A stretch of 64,000 bases of DNA, from sequence record MW749001.1; one strand, given 5' to 3'. The DNA is from Escherichia phage vB_EcoM_Kelasse. The notes beneath the pieces were generated by a model. That model saw only the letters and a program-made list of their open reading frames with translations. It searched no databases and had not been told where the DNA came from. The position numbers and the translations under genes are program-made. Below, piece by piece: positions 55,766-64,000 of this stretch. Numbering within the stretch: the first letter of the stretch is position 1; each line of letters starts with the position of its first letter.

Positions 55766-55906
55766 TTACCATACTAGTGAATGTAGTGCCATAATAACAT
55801 CAGAAATGAAAAGCACGACTTGAATTAATCCGAACATTACTCCATAATATAGTGCTACCAATAAAGTAGCAAGGGCTACTGAGTAGCCCAAGATTTTCTT
55901 AATCAT
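55766..55906 (-). CDS. 46-aa hydrophobic membrane peptide (ac / 52.1 region)
   Basis: Hand-translated MIKKILGYSVALATLLVALYYGVMFGLIQVVLFISDVIMALHSLVW. Confidence 0.45.
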   Translation of the reverse strand: MIKKILGYSVALATLLVALYYGVMFGLIQVVLFISDVIMALHSLVW

Positions 55907-56057
55907 TAGTAGATAACAACACAAATGTTAAATATGCACACATACCCTGAGCTAAAGCTTGTGAAAACACGCTGCTGGCATCAATACAGATAGTTAAAAC
56001 ACATGCTACTATCCAACAAATAAATGAAATAACTCCTAATAATTTTGCAATATTCAT
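55899..56057 (-). CDS. 52-aa hydrophobic Cys-rich membrane peptide (possible ac)
   Basis: Hand-translated MNIAKLLGVISFICWIVACVLTICIDASSVFSQALAQGMCAYLTFVLLSTND; GAGGAAAA Shine-Dalgarno. Confidence 0.45.
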   Translation of the reverse strand: MNIAKLLGVISFICWIVACVLTICIDASSVFSQALAQGMCAYLTFVLLSTND

Positions 56058-56064
56058 ATTTTCC

Positions 56065-56145
56065 TCACTGGCGTCCGAAGACGCCTTTAGTTTTAAGATT
56101 GTTACGATAGAACTGCATCACGTGTTCGTTATGGAAATTACTCAT
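56065..56145 (-). CDS. stp: Stp peptide (26 aa)
   Basis: Hand-translated [26 protein letters not shown] matches remembered T4 Stp; ATG overlaps the ndd stop (TAATG). Confidence 0.8.
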
Positions 56146-56597
56146 TAATACGCCTGCAAAACAAATTTAAAGTTATCAGCCAACATACGATTCATTTCTT
56201 CAAGTGTTTGATACTCAGAATGATGATTACGGGTAAACGCCAAAGCTAACTGACCTTTTCCAAACCCCGTCGTCAGAGGTTTCATCTTAGAAGCAGGTAG
56301 ATAAAATACCGTGTATGGAACATTGTTATTTGCAATAGTACGTGCAAGCTGAGACCGACGCTGACGAATATGACTTAGAACTGCACTGAATCCTTGCTTA
56401 GAACGTTGATTACCTACATAAAATCGTGCAGACACACATGGATTACTAAATAGACGACCATCTAATTTACTTACTAAAAAGTAAAATCCAGGTTTAGATA
56501 AAATATCTTTATGTGGAACTCCCAAAAACCATTCACCGTTCTTGATTGTACCAATAACGGTAGCGCCTGCATTGTTCAGATCAGTAACAGTCATATA
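56145..56597 (-). CDS. ndd: Ndd nucleoid disruption protein
   Basis: 151 aa from the internal ATG (MKYMTVTDL...) with a Shine-Dalgarno; the ORF track form is longer. Confidence 0.8.
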
Positions 56598-56663
56598 TTT
56601 CATATTAATTTCCTCTAAATTATTTTCTACTCCAAGGCCGCATGAATACACACGGCCATTAAA

Positions 56664-56879
56664 TTAATCATCGCAGTCGACGCTTAATTCCCAGAACTCT
56701 TCTACAGTATAAGTTTCAGTATCATTTTCAATACAGAAACGTTCATTGCTGTTATTTGCTAAAGTAGCGTTAACTGTCATTTTCTCGCTAGTGCTTTTAA
56801 GAGGCGAAATACGAATTAACTGATCACCATTATCTAAGCAAAAAATTTCACCAACTTTTACATCTTTAAAGATTTTCAT
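56664..56879 (-). CDS. ndd.1: Hypothetical protein
   Basis: 71-aa ORF. Confidence 0.45.
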   Translation of the reverse strand: MKIFKDVKVGEIFCLDNGDQLIRISPLKSTSEKMTVNATLANNSNERFCIENDTETYTVEEFWELSVDCDD

Positions 56880-56887
56880 AATTCACC

Positions 56888-56995
56888 TCAAGGAGTATAA
56901 AATCCAAATGCAGTTGTTGACCATCCCATCCAATATGGGAAATTTGCACCAATGTAAAACATAAGAATATAAAACCAAATGCTTAGTAAATTCAT
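56888..56995 (-). CDS. 35-aa hydrophobic peptide
   Basis: Hand-translated MNLLSIWFYILMFYIGANFPYWMGWSTTAFGFYTP; TAATG overlap with the upstream ORF. Confidence 0.4.
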   Translation of the reverse strand: MNLLSIWFYILMFYIGANFPYWMGWSTTAFGFYTP

Positions 56996-57213
56996 TATTT
57001 TACACCATTCCAAATTGTTTCAACCACAGATTTTAAGCCATTTTGGTGAATATCCATTCCGACAACTGCCATCAAATAGATTCCAAATACAACTGAACCT
57101 AAGGCAAAAATCAGCATGAAAATGAATAAAGCTGGAAAAATATTATCGAAAAACCATTCAATAAATGTAAAAGCACTGCGTTTACGCTTCATATTTTCCT
57201 CACATAAATCCAA
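56995..57213 (-). CDS. Small membrane protein, 72 aa
   Basis: ORF with a hydrophobic core. Confidence 0.45.
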   Translation of the reverse strand: MDLCEENMKRKRSAFTFIEWFFDNIFPALFIFMLIFALGSVVFGIYLMAVVGMDIHQNGLKSVVETIWNGVK

Positions 57214-57313
57214 AGTAAGCGTTTAATACATCAATCATTAAAACGATTGGGAATATACTCAAAACTACTAGTATTATAACTACATTCCATATAGCTTTAA
57301 TAATCTTTTTCAT
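57200..57313 (-). CDS. 37-aa hydrophobic peptide
   Basis: Internal ATG with GGAGGAACAGAAA Shine-Dalgarno (MKKIIKAIWNVVIILVVLSIF...); the longer ORF-track form runs through the promoter. Confidence 0.45.
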   Translation of the reverse strand: MKKIIKAIWNVVIILVVLSIFPIVLMIDVLNAYFGFM

Positions 57314-57341
57314 TTTCTGTTCCTCCGTAGTTGATAGGGTA

Positions 57342-57371
57342 ATAGTACCACGGAAGAACAGTCTTGTAAAC
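57342..57371 (-). promoter_or_regulatory. Early promoter (GTTTACA, 17 bp, TACTAT)
   Basis: -35 at 57371..57365, -10 at 57347..57342. Confidence 0.5.
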
Positions 57372-57377
57372 AACTTT

Positions 57378-57476
57378 TTAAAAATATTCGTAATAAATGT
57401 GAATACCAACTACTACCGCTGAAACCTGTGCAACCCACCACGCACAAGCAATAAGTACAGAATTCAAAATTTTCAT
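57378..57476 (-). CDS. 32-aa hydrophobic peptide
   Basis: Hand-translated MKILNSVLIACAWWVAQVSAVVVGIHIYYEYF; GATGAGG Shine-Dalgarno. Confidence 0.4.
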   Translation of the reverse strand: MKILNSVLIACAWWVAQVSAVVVGIHIYYEYF

Positions 57477-57558
57477 AATAACCTCATCACAAAAGTAAAT
57501 GTTAAACAAATTAATGGAATACTAATTAACCAAACGAAACACCACCATAGTGAACTCA
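57473..57558 (-). CDS. 28-aa hydrophobic peptide
   Basis: Hand-translated MSSLWWCFVWLISIPLICLTFTFVMRLL; ATGA overlap with the next ORF. Confidence 0.35.
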
Positions 57559-57587
57559 TAACTCAATCTCAGCGATTTTCATTTTAC

Positions 57588-57794
57588 TCAATAATCCGCT
57601 AAAAGATCGACGATTGCATCACGAAGACACTTATTCGCAATACGTTTAAGAGCAATTTCAGTTTCTGGAGCATTTTGAATAATCATTGAATTCAATTCAG
57701 CCTCAGCAAACTGAAGTTCTTTAACTAATTCAGCTTTATATTTTCCTTGCCCTTTCTTAGCTTTTGCTCGTTTTAGTTCAGCTGTAGTAAACAT
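57588..57794 (-). CDS. Hypothetical basic protein
   Basis: 68 aa from the internal ATG with GGAG Shine-Dalgarno; the longer ORF-track form runs through the promoter. Confidence 0.45.
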   Translation of the reverse strand: MFTTAELKRAKAKKGQGKYKAELVKELQFAEAELNSMIIQNAPETEIALKRIANKCLRDAIVDLLADY

Positions 57795-57828
57795 TTTATT
57801 CTCCAAATCCGTATCAGTTGATAGTTGT

Positions 57829-57858
57829 ATATTACCACAGTCCTTGTGGTATGTAAAC
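57829..57858 (-). promoter_or_regulatory. Early promoter (GTTTACA, 17 bp, TGG-TAATAT)
   Basis: -35 at 57858..57852, -10 at 57834..57829. Confidence 0.5.
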
Positions 57859-57874
57859 CGCTTTGTGAAAATTT

Positions 57875-58432
57875 TTAAATGGAAAGATACCATCCGTTGT
57901 AGTTGCTTTTTCTTACAACCTTACGAAGGTCTTCTCTATCACCGATGAATTTCGGAGTGTACTGGATGACACCTGGATGAATTTCTTTAGTGTTGAATAT
58001 AATTATACAGTCAGCGACTTGATGATTTAGAATGGGCCCTAGATTTATTCCAGAACCATATGGATACTCTCCGCTGCATCCGGTTGTTACCGAAATCCAA
58101 CGTGAGTCAGTTTGATGTGTCTTAACTTCTACACGAAGCCCACAGTATTTTGGATGCGCCAATACATCCCATGCGTATGTATACGGGTCATTAACATCCT
58201 CTTGGCCTTTGTTAACATACCCGCTTAGCCAATCTGCTACAAAAAATTCTGCGTACACAGCGATACGACATCTTTCAATAACTTCTGCTTTATCCTGGTT
58301 CGGGTTTTGTTTTAAAGAGTATCTTGCTGTATCAGCAATTTTGACCTTCATTTCACTAGTCAAGTCACTGTTCGATAGGGTAAATGTCGGAATCTGAAAT
58401 AGTCTCTGTAAACCCGGATTCGTTTTCTGCAT
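57875..58432 (-). CDS. denB: Endonuclease IV
   Basis: 185-aa ORF, synteny. Confidence 0.8.
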   Translation of the reverse strand: MQKTNPGLQRLFQIPTFTLSNSDLTSEMKVKIADTARYSLKQNPNQDKAEVIERCRIAVYAEFFVADWLSGYVNKGQEDVNDPYTYAWDVLAHPKYCGLRVEVKTHQTDSRWISVTTGCSGEYPYGSGINLGPILNHQVADCIIIFNTKEIHPGVIQYTPKFIGDREDLRKVVRKSNYNGWYLSI

Positions 58433-58476
58433 TTAAACTTTCCTTTATGTCGGAATCATAATTTCTCTTAAAACAA

Positions 58477-58492
58477 AAGGGCCGAAGCCCTT
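58477..58492 (-). other. C(UUCG)G hairpin
   Basis: aagggccgaagccctt; identical copy at 58705..58720. Confidence 0.5.
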
Positions 58493-58495
58493 ATT

Positions 58496-58690
58496 TTATT
58501 TGAATTGTGCGATTCTTTTCTCTAGACACTCAGCATAAGATTTCATTGAGATGAACTGTGAAAGCAACAGTTCTTGCTCAACTGCACTAACCGTTAGAAA
58601 CTTTGTGCTTTCTAAAAATTTGCTCAGTGCATTAATTTTGAGCATTAATTGGTCGTATTCTTCTTTTACTCGTGCTTGATAACCTAACAT
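58496..58690 (-). CDS. denB.1: Hypothetical protein
   Basis: 64-aa ORF with AAGGAAA Shine-Dalgarno. Confidence 0.5.
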   Translation of the reverse strand: MLGYQARVKEEYDQLMLKINALSKFLESTKFLTVSAVEQELLLSQFISMKSYAECLEKRIAQFK

Positions 58691-58704
58691 AATTTTCCTT
58701 AGTT

Positions 58705-58720
58705 AAGGGCCGAAGCCCTT
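58705..58720 (-). other. C(UUCG)G hairpin
   Basis: aagggccgaagccctt immediately after the rIIB stop. Confidence 0.5.
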
Positions 58721-59657
58721 ATTTAAATTGTTCAGTAACGTCTTCAACTACTTCGTATTGGCAGGTACGCATTTTAGCATCGTTGTAATCAATCGGAATT
58801 GATACTACATCACGTGGATGTACTTTAACTTTTACAACTCGGCTGGTTGAACTGCCAAAGTGACGAATATAAGATTTAGAACACACATGCAGACCACGAG
58901 AACAAGTTTGTGTATCATCGTCATTCACACGAGTACGCGGCATTTTAACTACTTTACCAGGACTGTTATCAAAGGTGTTTGAGTGACAGTCAAAGTAGTT
59001 GTCACGAACTACTTTCCAAGCATAGAAGTAACCATCTTCTGTAATTTCAATATCGTTTGCTACCAAGAAATCAAAGAGTCGAGATACCGCTTTCTGGCTT
59101 GGGTTTTCCAGCAGATTTTCCAAGAACGGAAAATAAAATTCAAAGTTTTCACCTTTTTCCATCGAATCGAGAATACGATCAACCAAACCAGACCGCAATT
59201 CGATATTTTGATAGAACAAGCTTCCACCTTCAATTCGAACATCGCCGGAAATATATTTTTCAACAGCGCGACGAACATTAATTTTTTGTGCCGCTTCTTC
59301 CAACTTATCTGCTACAAGCAGATTAAGAATTTCCTGGAAGTTTGAATGAGTATTAGGAGTTGCGTTATAAGTTACACCGTCAACAGTAATTGAAATGAAT
59401 TTTTTAGATGCATTCCAAATAATGTCAGATTTAGCAACTGGAGCAATAACTGCATCGCTATTAACTTTAATTGTAATATCACCGCTAATAGTAACTTTAG
59501 AGCGTTTAGCTTCTTCAGCATTTTTCAAAACACGACGAATTGTGTCAACCGATACACCTTGCCAATCAGCCAATTCCTGTTGGGTGTAATTACCACTTGA
59601 ATACAATTTAACAATTTCAGCTTGTTCGTTTTTGGTCAGGCATTTAATATTGTACAT
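58719..59657 (-). CDS. rIIB: rIIB
   Basis: 312-aa ORF, synteny with rIIA. Confidence 0.88.
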   Translation of the reverse strand: MYNIKCLTKNEQAEIVKLYSSGNYTQQELADWQGVSVDTIRRVLKNAEEAKRSKVTISGDITIKVNSDAVIAPVAKSDIIWNASKKFISITVDGVTYNATPNTHSNFQEILNLLVADKLEEAAQKINVRRAVEKYISGDVRIEGGSLFYQNIELRSGLVDRILDSMEKGENFEFYFPFLENLLENPSQKAVSRLFDFLVANDIEITEDGYFYAWKVVRDNYFDCHSNTFDNSPGKVVKMPRTRVNDDDTQTCSRGLHVCSKSYIRHFGSSTSRVVKVKVHPRDVVSIPIDYNDAKMRTCQYEVVEDVTEQFK

Positions 59658-59668
59658 AATTTTCCTTA

Positions 59669-61846
59669 TTAGGCCGCAAGGGCCTTCATAGTTTTAGCGA
59701 TTTGGGAAACTTCATCATCACTCAAAGAGTTACGATAACCGATGAAGTCGGAAACAATACGGAATTTCTTGGTAAACTCAGCAACCATTTTATCACTATT
59801 TTTTGAAGCATTACGTGATAATTCATCAAAGAGATTAGTTACTGTCCAGATATCATGACCGATGGTATCTTTTCCACCATTGAAATACACACCGCGTAAT
59901 GAACTAACCATATTACCAAGTCGTGTATATTCTTCAGAAACTTCATCTGTACTGAAGTACTTCATCATAAAATCTAGTTCAGGATACTTGATAATTTTAT
60001 CAATATATCGTTGAGCTGAACTTGAATAACCTACATACTTATCATAATCTACATCATCAAAAGCATCTACATATAAATCACGCAAAGCTTCAAAAATACA
60101 TTGGCACTGACCGAGTTCTTTTACCTTTTTCTGTAAAAGCGGACGAATAACATAAAATTCATTAATGCCAATAAGATTAGCCATACGAATCAAAATATTC
60201 ATAGATGGATGACAAAGTGATGTAGTACCATCCATAGAGAAAATATCAGAACGATGCATATACGCTACATAACCAGTAATTTCATCTGCTTCTGATGTAA
60301 GTGTAAACAGTTCCTCTTTTTCCCAGCGCCCGTCTTTAATTTCAAACTTAAACGCAGTAGCAGCTTTAGGACGAGGAGCTTTACTTTTAACTGCCTTCGG
60401 AATATAACTTTTAACTAAAGCTTCAATTTCTGACAAATAATGAATGTTAACTTCATCACTTTCAAACATTGCCATAATATCAGGTAGTAAATCAATCTGC
60501 GATTCTACTTCCGGATTAATAAACAGAAGACGCTCATTATGATGAATATTCAAAGTGTTATTAAATTCACTATCATCTAACGCATGCGCTAATCCACGGA
60601 CAATATTAACACGATTTTTAATATTATCAATAACGATATTAATTTTTGTTGTATTAATACCAAACAGACGATAACTTGATGCAACGGCTGAAGTTTCATG
60701 GCTTTGCTTAATGCGTTTCAGTCGAGGGTCAAGATTTACTTCATACACAACTCCTGCATTACATAACTTACTGTCAGGTTCAAACATGCTCTGCATTTTC
60801 TTATATGACAGATTTTTAGTCGTGAATTTGACTGAATTACTAATCATATAATCTCGAGCAGAATACCCCATCTTCATCAATTCACGATATGTGTGACGAG
60901 GAGATGTAGATTCTTTAAATCGTTTTACATCTTCATTAAATGCTTTCTCACTAAGCTCTTTAACTCGTTCAATAATATTTTTACGAGTGCGATCATCCAA
61001 TGAAAGAGCTTCACGTGATGGAGCAATATCAAGTGAACCCATTGGAAACTTAATGTAATTCACTTCATTACGAATGCTTAGCCAGTTACGGTCTTTAATA
61101 ACACCATCGATAGGATAAACAATACCGCCGTAGATAGCATATAATCCACCACGATCAGGCCAGTATCTTTCTGGATTTACACCGTAATAATCATCAAAAT
61201 CCGGAAAATAATCAATTTCGCGGTCAAGACCATTAATGATAGCCAAATCTTTGAACGGTCGCATGATATAAGAAACTTCATAAGCAAAGTTTCTAAAGTC
61301 TTTTTCTTCAACTGGAACTACGATTTCAATACCAGTTTTATCATCTGGACCCATTTCTTTTACGAATGTAGGTTTAATTTGTGGACCATCGCCATCCATG
61401 TAAGCTACATAACCACGAATTTCACCTTTATGATACGAAGTAATACTAAACGTATCAGTATAACTAAACGGAGATTTAGAACCTAAACCAAATCCGCCAA
61501 TGAAATCATTAGATTCAGCCTTAGATGAACTGAAGTATGAATTATACAGACCAGGAGAATTATCATCACCCTGAATATCAAAATCACTCATACCCGGACC
61601 AAAATCTCGACAAACAAATCGTGGATCTAAACGTCCAGGAACTTGAATGATAAATTTTTCAGGATTTCCATTGAGAGCATGGGCATCAATCATGTTAGTA
61701 ATCAATTCACGGACTACTGCGCGAATCTTGTTTGTATACAAATCAGATGACAGAATTTTAAATACTTTAGGAGATGCTGTGATGCTAAATGCTTTTGATT
61801 TAGAACCATTACCAAGAATTGTTTCTTTTTCAGTGGTGATAATCAT
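59669..61846 (-). CDS. rIIA: rIIA
   Basis: 725-aa ORF, synteny. Confidence 0.88.
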   Translation of the reverse strand: MIITTEKETILGNGSKSKAFSITASPKVFKILSSDLYTNKIRAVVRELITNMIDAHALNGNPEKFIIQVPGRLDPRFVCRDFGPGMSDFDIQGDDNSPGLYNSYFSSSKAESNDFIGGFGLGSKSPFSYTDTFSITSYHKGEIRGYVAYMDGDGPQIKPTFVKEMGPDDKTGIEIVVPVEEKDFRNFAYEVSYIMRPFKDLAIINGLDREIDYFPDFDDYYGVNPERYWPDRGGLYAIYGGIVYPIDGVIKDRNWLSIRNEVNYIKFPMGSLDIAPSREALSLDDRTRKNIIERVKELSEKAFNEDVKRFKESTSPRHTYRELMKMGYSARDYMISNSVKFTTKNLSYKKMQSMFEPDSKLCNAGVVYEVNLDPRLKRIKQSHETSAVASSYRLFGINTTKINIVIDNIKNRVNIVRGLAHALDDSEFNNTLNIHHNERLLFINPEVESQIDLLPDIMAMFESDEVNIHYLSEIEALVKSYIPKAVKSKAPRPKAATAFKFEIKDGRWEKEELFTLTSEADEITGYVAYMHRSDIFSMDGTTSLCHPSMNILIRMANLIGINEFYVIRPLLQKKVKELGQCQCIFEALRDLYVDAFDDVDYDKYVGYSSSAQRYIDKIIKYPELDFMMKYFSTDEVSEEYTRLGNMVSSLRGVYFNGGKDTIGHDIWTVTNLFDELSRNASKNSDKMVAEFTKKFRIVSDFIGYRNSLSDDEVSQIAKTMKALAA

Positions 61847-61856
61847 AATTTCCTCA

Positions 61857-62060
61857 TTAATTCATATTACGCTTAATAACTTCGGCAACTTCTAGTAGTT
61901 CATCTTTAGTTGCGGTGTCGGATTGAATTTTATCTCTAATATCCTTAAAGCGGTTTTTAAATTCTTCGGCTTCTCCCATATCGAAAAAGCGTTGAATGAT
62001 TCTATATTCTCGATGAACTGCTTTATCAAAAAGTTCTAAATTTACTTTATATGATTTCAT
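61857..62060 (-). CDS. rIIA.1: Hypothetical protein
   Basis: 67-aa ORF downstream of an early promoter. Confidence 0.55.
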   Translation of the reverse strand: MKSYKVNLELFDKAVHREYRIIQRFFDMGEAEEFKNRFKDIRDKIQSDTATKDELLEVAEVIKRNMN

Positions 62061-62085
62061 TTCAATATCCTCATTTGCCCAATTA

Positions 62086-62115
62086 ATTATACCACATCCT
62101 TGTGGTAAAGTAAAC
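62086..62115 (-). promoter_or_regulatory. Early promoter (GTTTAC, 18 bp, TGG-TATAAT)
   Basis: -35 at 62115..62110, -10 at 62091..62086. Confidence 0.5.
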
Positions 62116-63932
62116 TACTGGCTCATCCATTCTTTACGAAGGTCAGCATTATCTCCCATGAGCATTTCAAAAAGCTCTTTCCAGTTCTCAGGAAGTTTAA
62201 CAACATCATATACTGGATTTTGAATCATCTCACGATATTCAGATTTTTCCAAAGAGCCAAGTCCCTTAATATAACGGATGCTATGTTTAGGTAGAGCATC
62301 TTTGGCACTCTCATATTCAGCGACTGTATAAAACCATTCTTGTTTTTTACCGACCTGAGCGATGATTACAGGAGTTTTGACAAAGCGAATTCGTCCTTGC
62401 TCAAACAGTTCTGGCCAATTACTAAAAAATCCGAGCAGAGAAGGATAAATGCTTCCTAGACCATCATGGTCAGCATCAGTCATAATAGCGATATTATGAT
62501 AATTCAAGTTTTCAGCTTTTTCACCGAGAACTAATCCAGTGATTGCGCAAATATCAAATAGTTCTTTGTTTTTAAGCATATCTGCATAAGACATACCCCA
62601 ACTGTTGAGAACTTTACCACGTAATGGATAACCACCATGAAGTTCTTTATCACGAACATCAATAAGATATCCGATAGCAGAATCACCCTCAGTCAAGAAA
62701 AGAGTAGTATCAGCATCTTTACCACAAAGATTCGCTTTGATATGTTTATGAACCTTAGCTTTAGATGCCTTTTTAGCTGCTTTAGTTTCTGCTGCTTTTT
62801 CTGCCGCCAATTTACGAGCTAGTGCAGCTTCAATAATTGGCATCAAAATCGCTTCATTATTCAAAATAGCACGTGAAATCTTTTTAGCATCAAGTTGAAT
62901 ATGACTACGGATTTCACCAAATGGAGAAGTCAAACGCTCTTTAGTTTGAGAATCAAATCGCATGTTTTTCATATCACGAACAAACATAACGATAGTCAAA
63001 CATTCTTTAACACGCGCTTTAGTTACATCAATTTTGAACTTACGTTTGATTTGTGGAATAAGGTCTTCACAAATATCATCCATAACACAGTCAATATGAT
63101 GGCCACCATTCTTAGTGTGAATGTTATTCACATAAGTTAATTGGCGAAATCCATCCGGTGAACGACCAACGGCAATAGAACAATTTTCTTGTTCTTGAAC
63201 AATAGCATGTTCATCATACTGTCGTGCATATTTCTTAAAATTGCCCTGAACCTTTTTACCATTAAAGGTAAATTGAATATCAGGATAAACAACAGCAAGT
63301 GTCTGGAGACGATCTAGTGTAATGTCAAGATAAACTTGGGACAGCTCATTAGTTTCAAATGACATAAAATCAGGAATGAAAGTAACACGAGTTCCTTTCC
63401 ATTTTCCAGGAATAGTTTCCCAGGATTTATTTTCCATGCCATTTGAACAACGAACTACAATATTATTTTGACCATCACCAGTTTCACCGACAAACATCAC
63501 AGAAAAAATGTTAGTTAAACTAGAACCAACACCATTCATACCACCGGTGACACGTTCTTTATCATCACCAAAGTTACCACCCGCTTTTGGAATAGTCCAA
63601 GCAGCAACTGGACCAGGAATTTCTTCACCGGTAGGTGTTTTAACCATCGCCTGTGGAATACCACGACCGTTATCTTCAACTGTTACTTGATTGTTTTTAA
63701 TAGTAACATTAATTTTATTTGCGAATTTAAACTTAGTACGAATACCTTCATCGACTGAGTTATCGATAATTTCATCAATAAGCTTAACAAGACCAGGTAC
63801 ATACTGAACACTTTCCCATTTACCAAACAGAAAGCGCTCATGCATTTCATTAGCAGAAGAGCCAATGTACATGCCACTACGCTTTTTGATATGTTCAATA
63901 TCGCTCAGAATTTTAATTTCATTCTTAATCAT
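62115..63932 (-). CDS. 39: gp39 DNA topoisomerase II large subunit; single uninterrupted ORF
   Basis: 606-aa ORF (605 from the second Met) with GHKL ATPase and Toprim-like regions in one frame. Confidence 0.88.
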   Translation of the reverse strand: MIKNEIKILSDIEHIKKRSGMYIGSSANEMHERFLFGKWESVQYVPGLVKLIDEIIDNSVDEGIRTKFKFANKINVTIKNNQVTVEDNGRGIPQAMVKTPTGEEIPGPVAAWTIPKAGGNFGDDKERVTGGMNGVGSSLTNIFSVMFVGETGDGQNNIVVRCSNGMENKSWETIPGKWKGTRVTFIPDFMSFETNELSQVYLDITLDRLQTLAVVYPDIQFTFNGKKVQGNFKKYARQYDEHAIVQEQENCSIAVGRSPDGFRQLTYVNNIHTKNGGHHIDCVMDDICEDLIPQIKRKFKIDVTKARVKECLTIVMFVRDMKNMRFDSQTKERLTSPFGEIRSHIQLDAKKISRAILNNEAILMPIIEAALARKLAAEKAAETKAAKKASKAKVHKHIKANLCGKDADTTLFLTEGDSAIGYLIDVRDKELHGGYPLRGKVLNSWGMSYADMLKNKELFDICAITGLVLGEKAENLNYHNIAIMTDADHDGLGSIYPSLLGFFSNWPELFEQGRIRFVKTPVIIAQVGKKQEWFYTVAEYESAKDALPKHSIRYIKGLGSLEKSEYREMIQNPVYDVVKLPENWKELFEMLMGDNADLRKEWMSQ

Positions 63933-64000
63933 CACTTATCCTCGTTTGGTTTCGGGAATATTATACTCCGGTAATCATAAAGCTAAAGGCCCGAAGGCCT

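Noticed and set aside
62115-63935. Looked for a gene 60 / gene 39 split with a translational bypass element
   Set aside because: One contiguous 606-aa ORF covers the whole topoisomerase subunit.

Overview
This window reads as about 64 kb of a T-even (T4-like, Tequatrovirus-type) coliphage genome, colinear with the phage T4 map from hoc through the baseplate hub cluster, alt, DNA ligase, the nucleotide-metabolism block, gene 32, the long-tail-fibre genes 34-38, holin t, and on to rIIB/rIIA and gene 39. Gene calls rest on my reading of the supplied ORF translations against remembered T4 proteins and map order; no database search was possible. Several ORF-track starts are GTG/TTG artefacts and were trimmed to the internal ATG with a Shine-Dalgarno. 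Early and middle genes are on the minus strand with many GTTTAC(A)-17bp-TAnnAT early promoters and C(UUCG)G hairpins; late genes carry TATAAATA late promoters. The phage is not T4 itself: td and nrdB have no introns, segE/segG/mobE are absent, gene 39 is unsplit, and gene 38 is a T2-type glycine-rich adhesin. I found no evidence of a wholly new system. The items most worth a second look are a tandem pair of full-length Alt ADP-ribosyltransferase paralogs, an extra ORF between frd and td, a NADAR-like ORF, an in-frame Ig-domain duplication in hoc, an exactly duplicated 54-bp early promoter/leader cassette, and chains of overlapping hydrophobic micro-ORFs.
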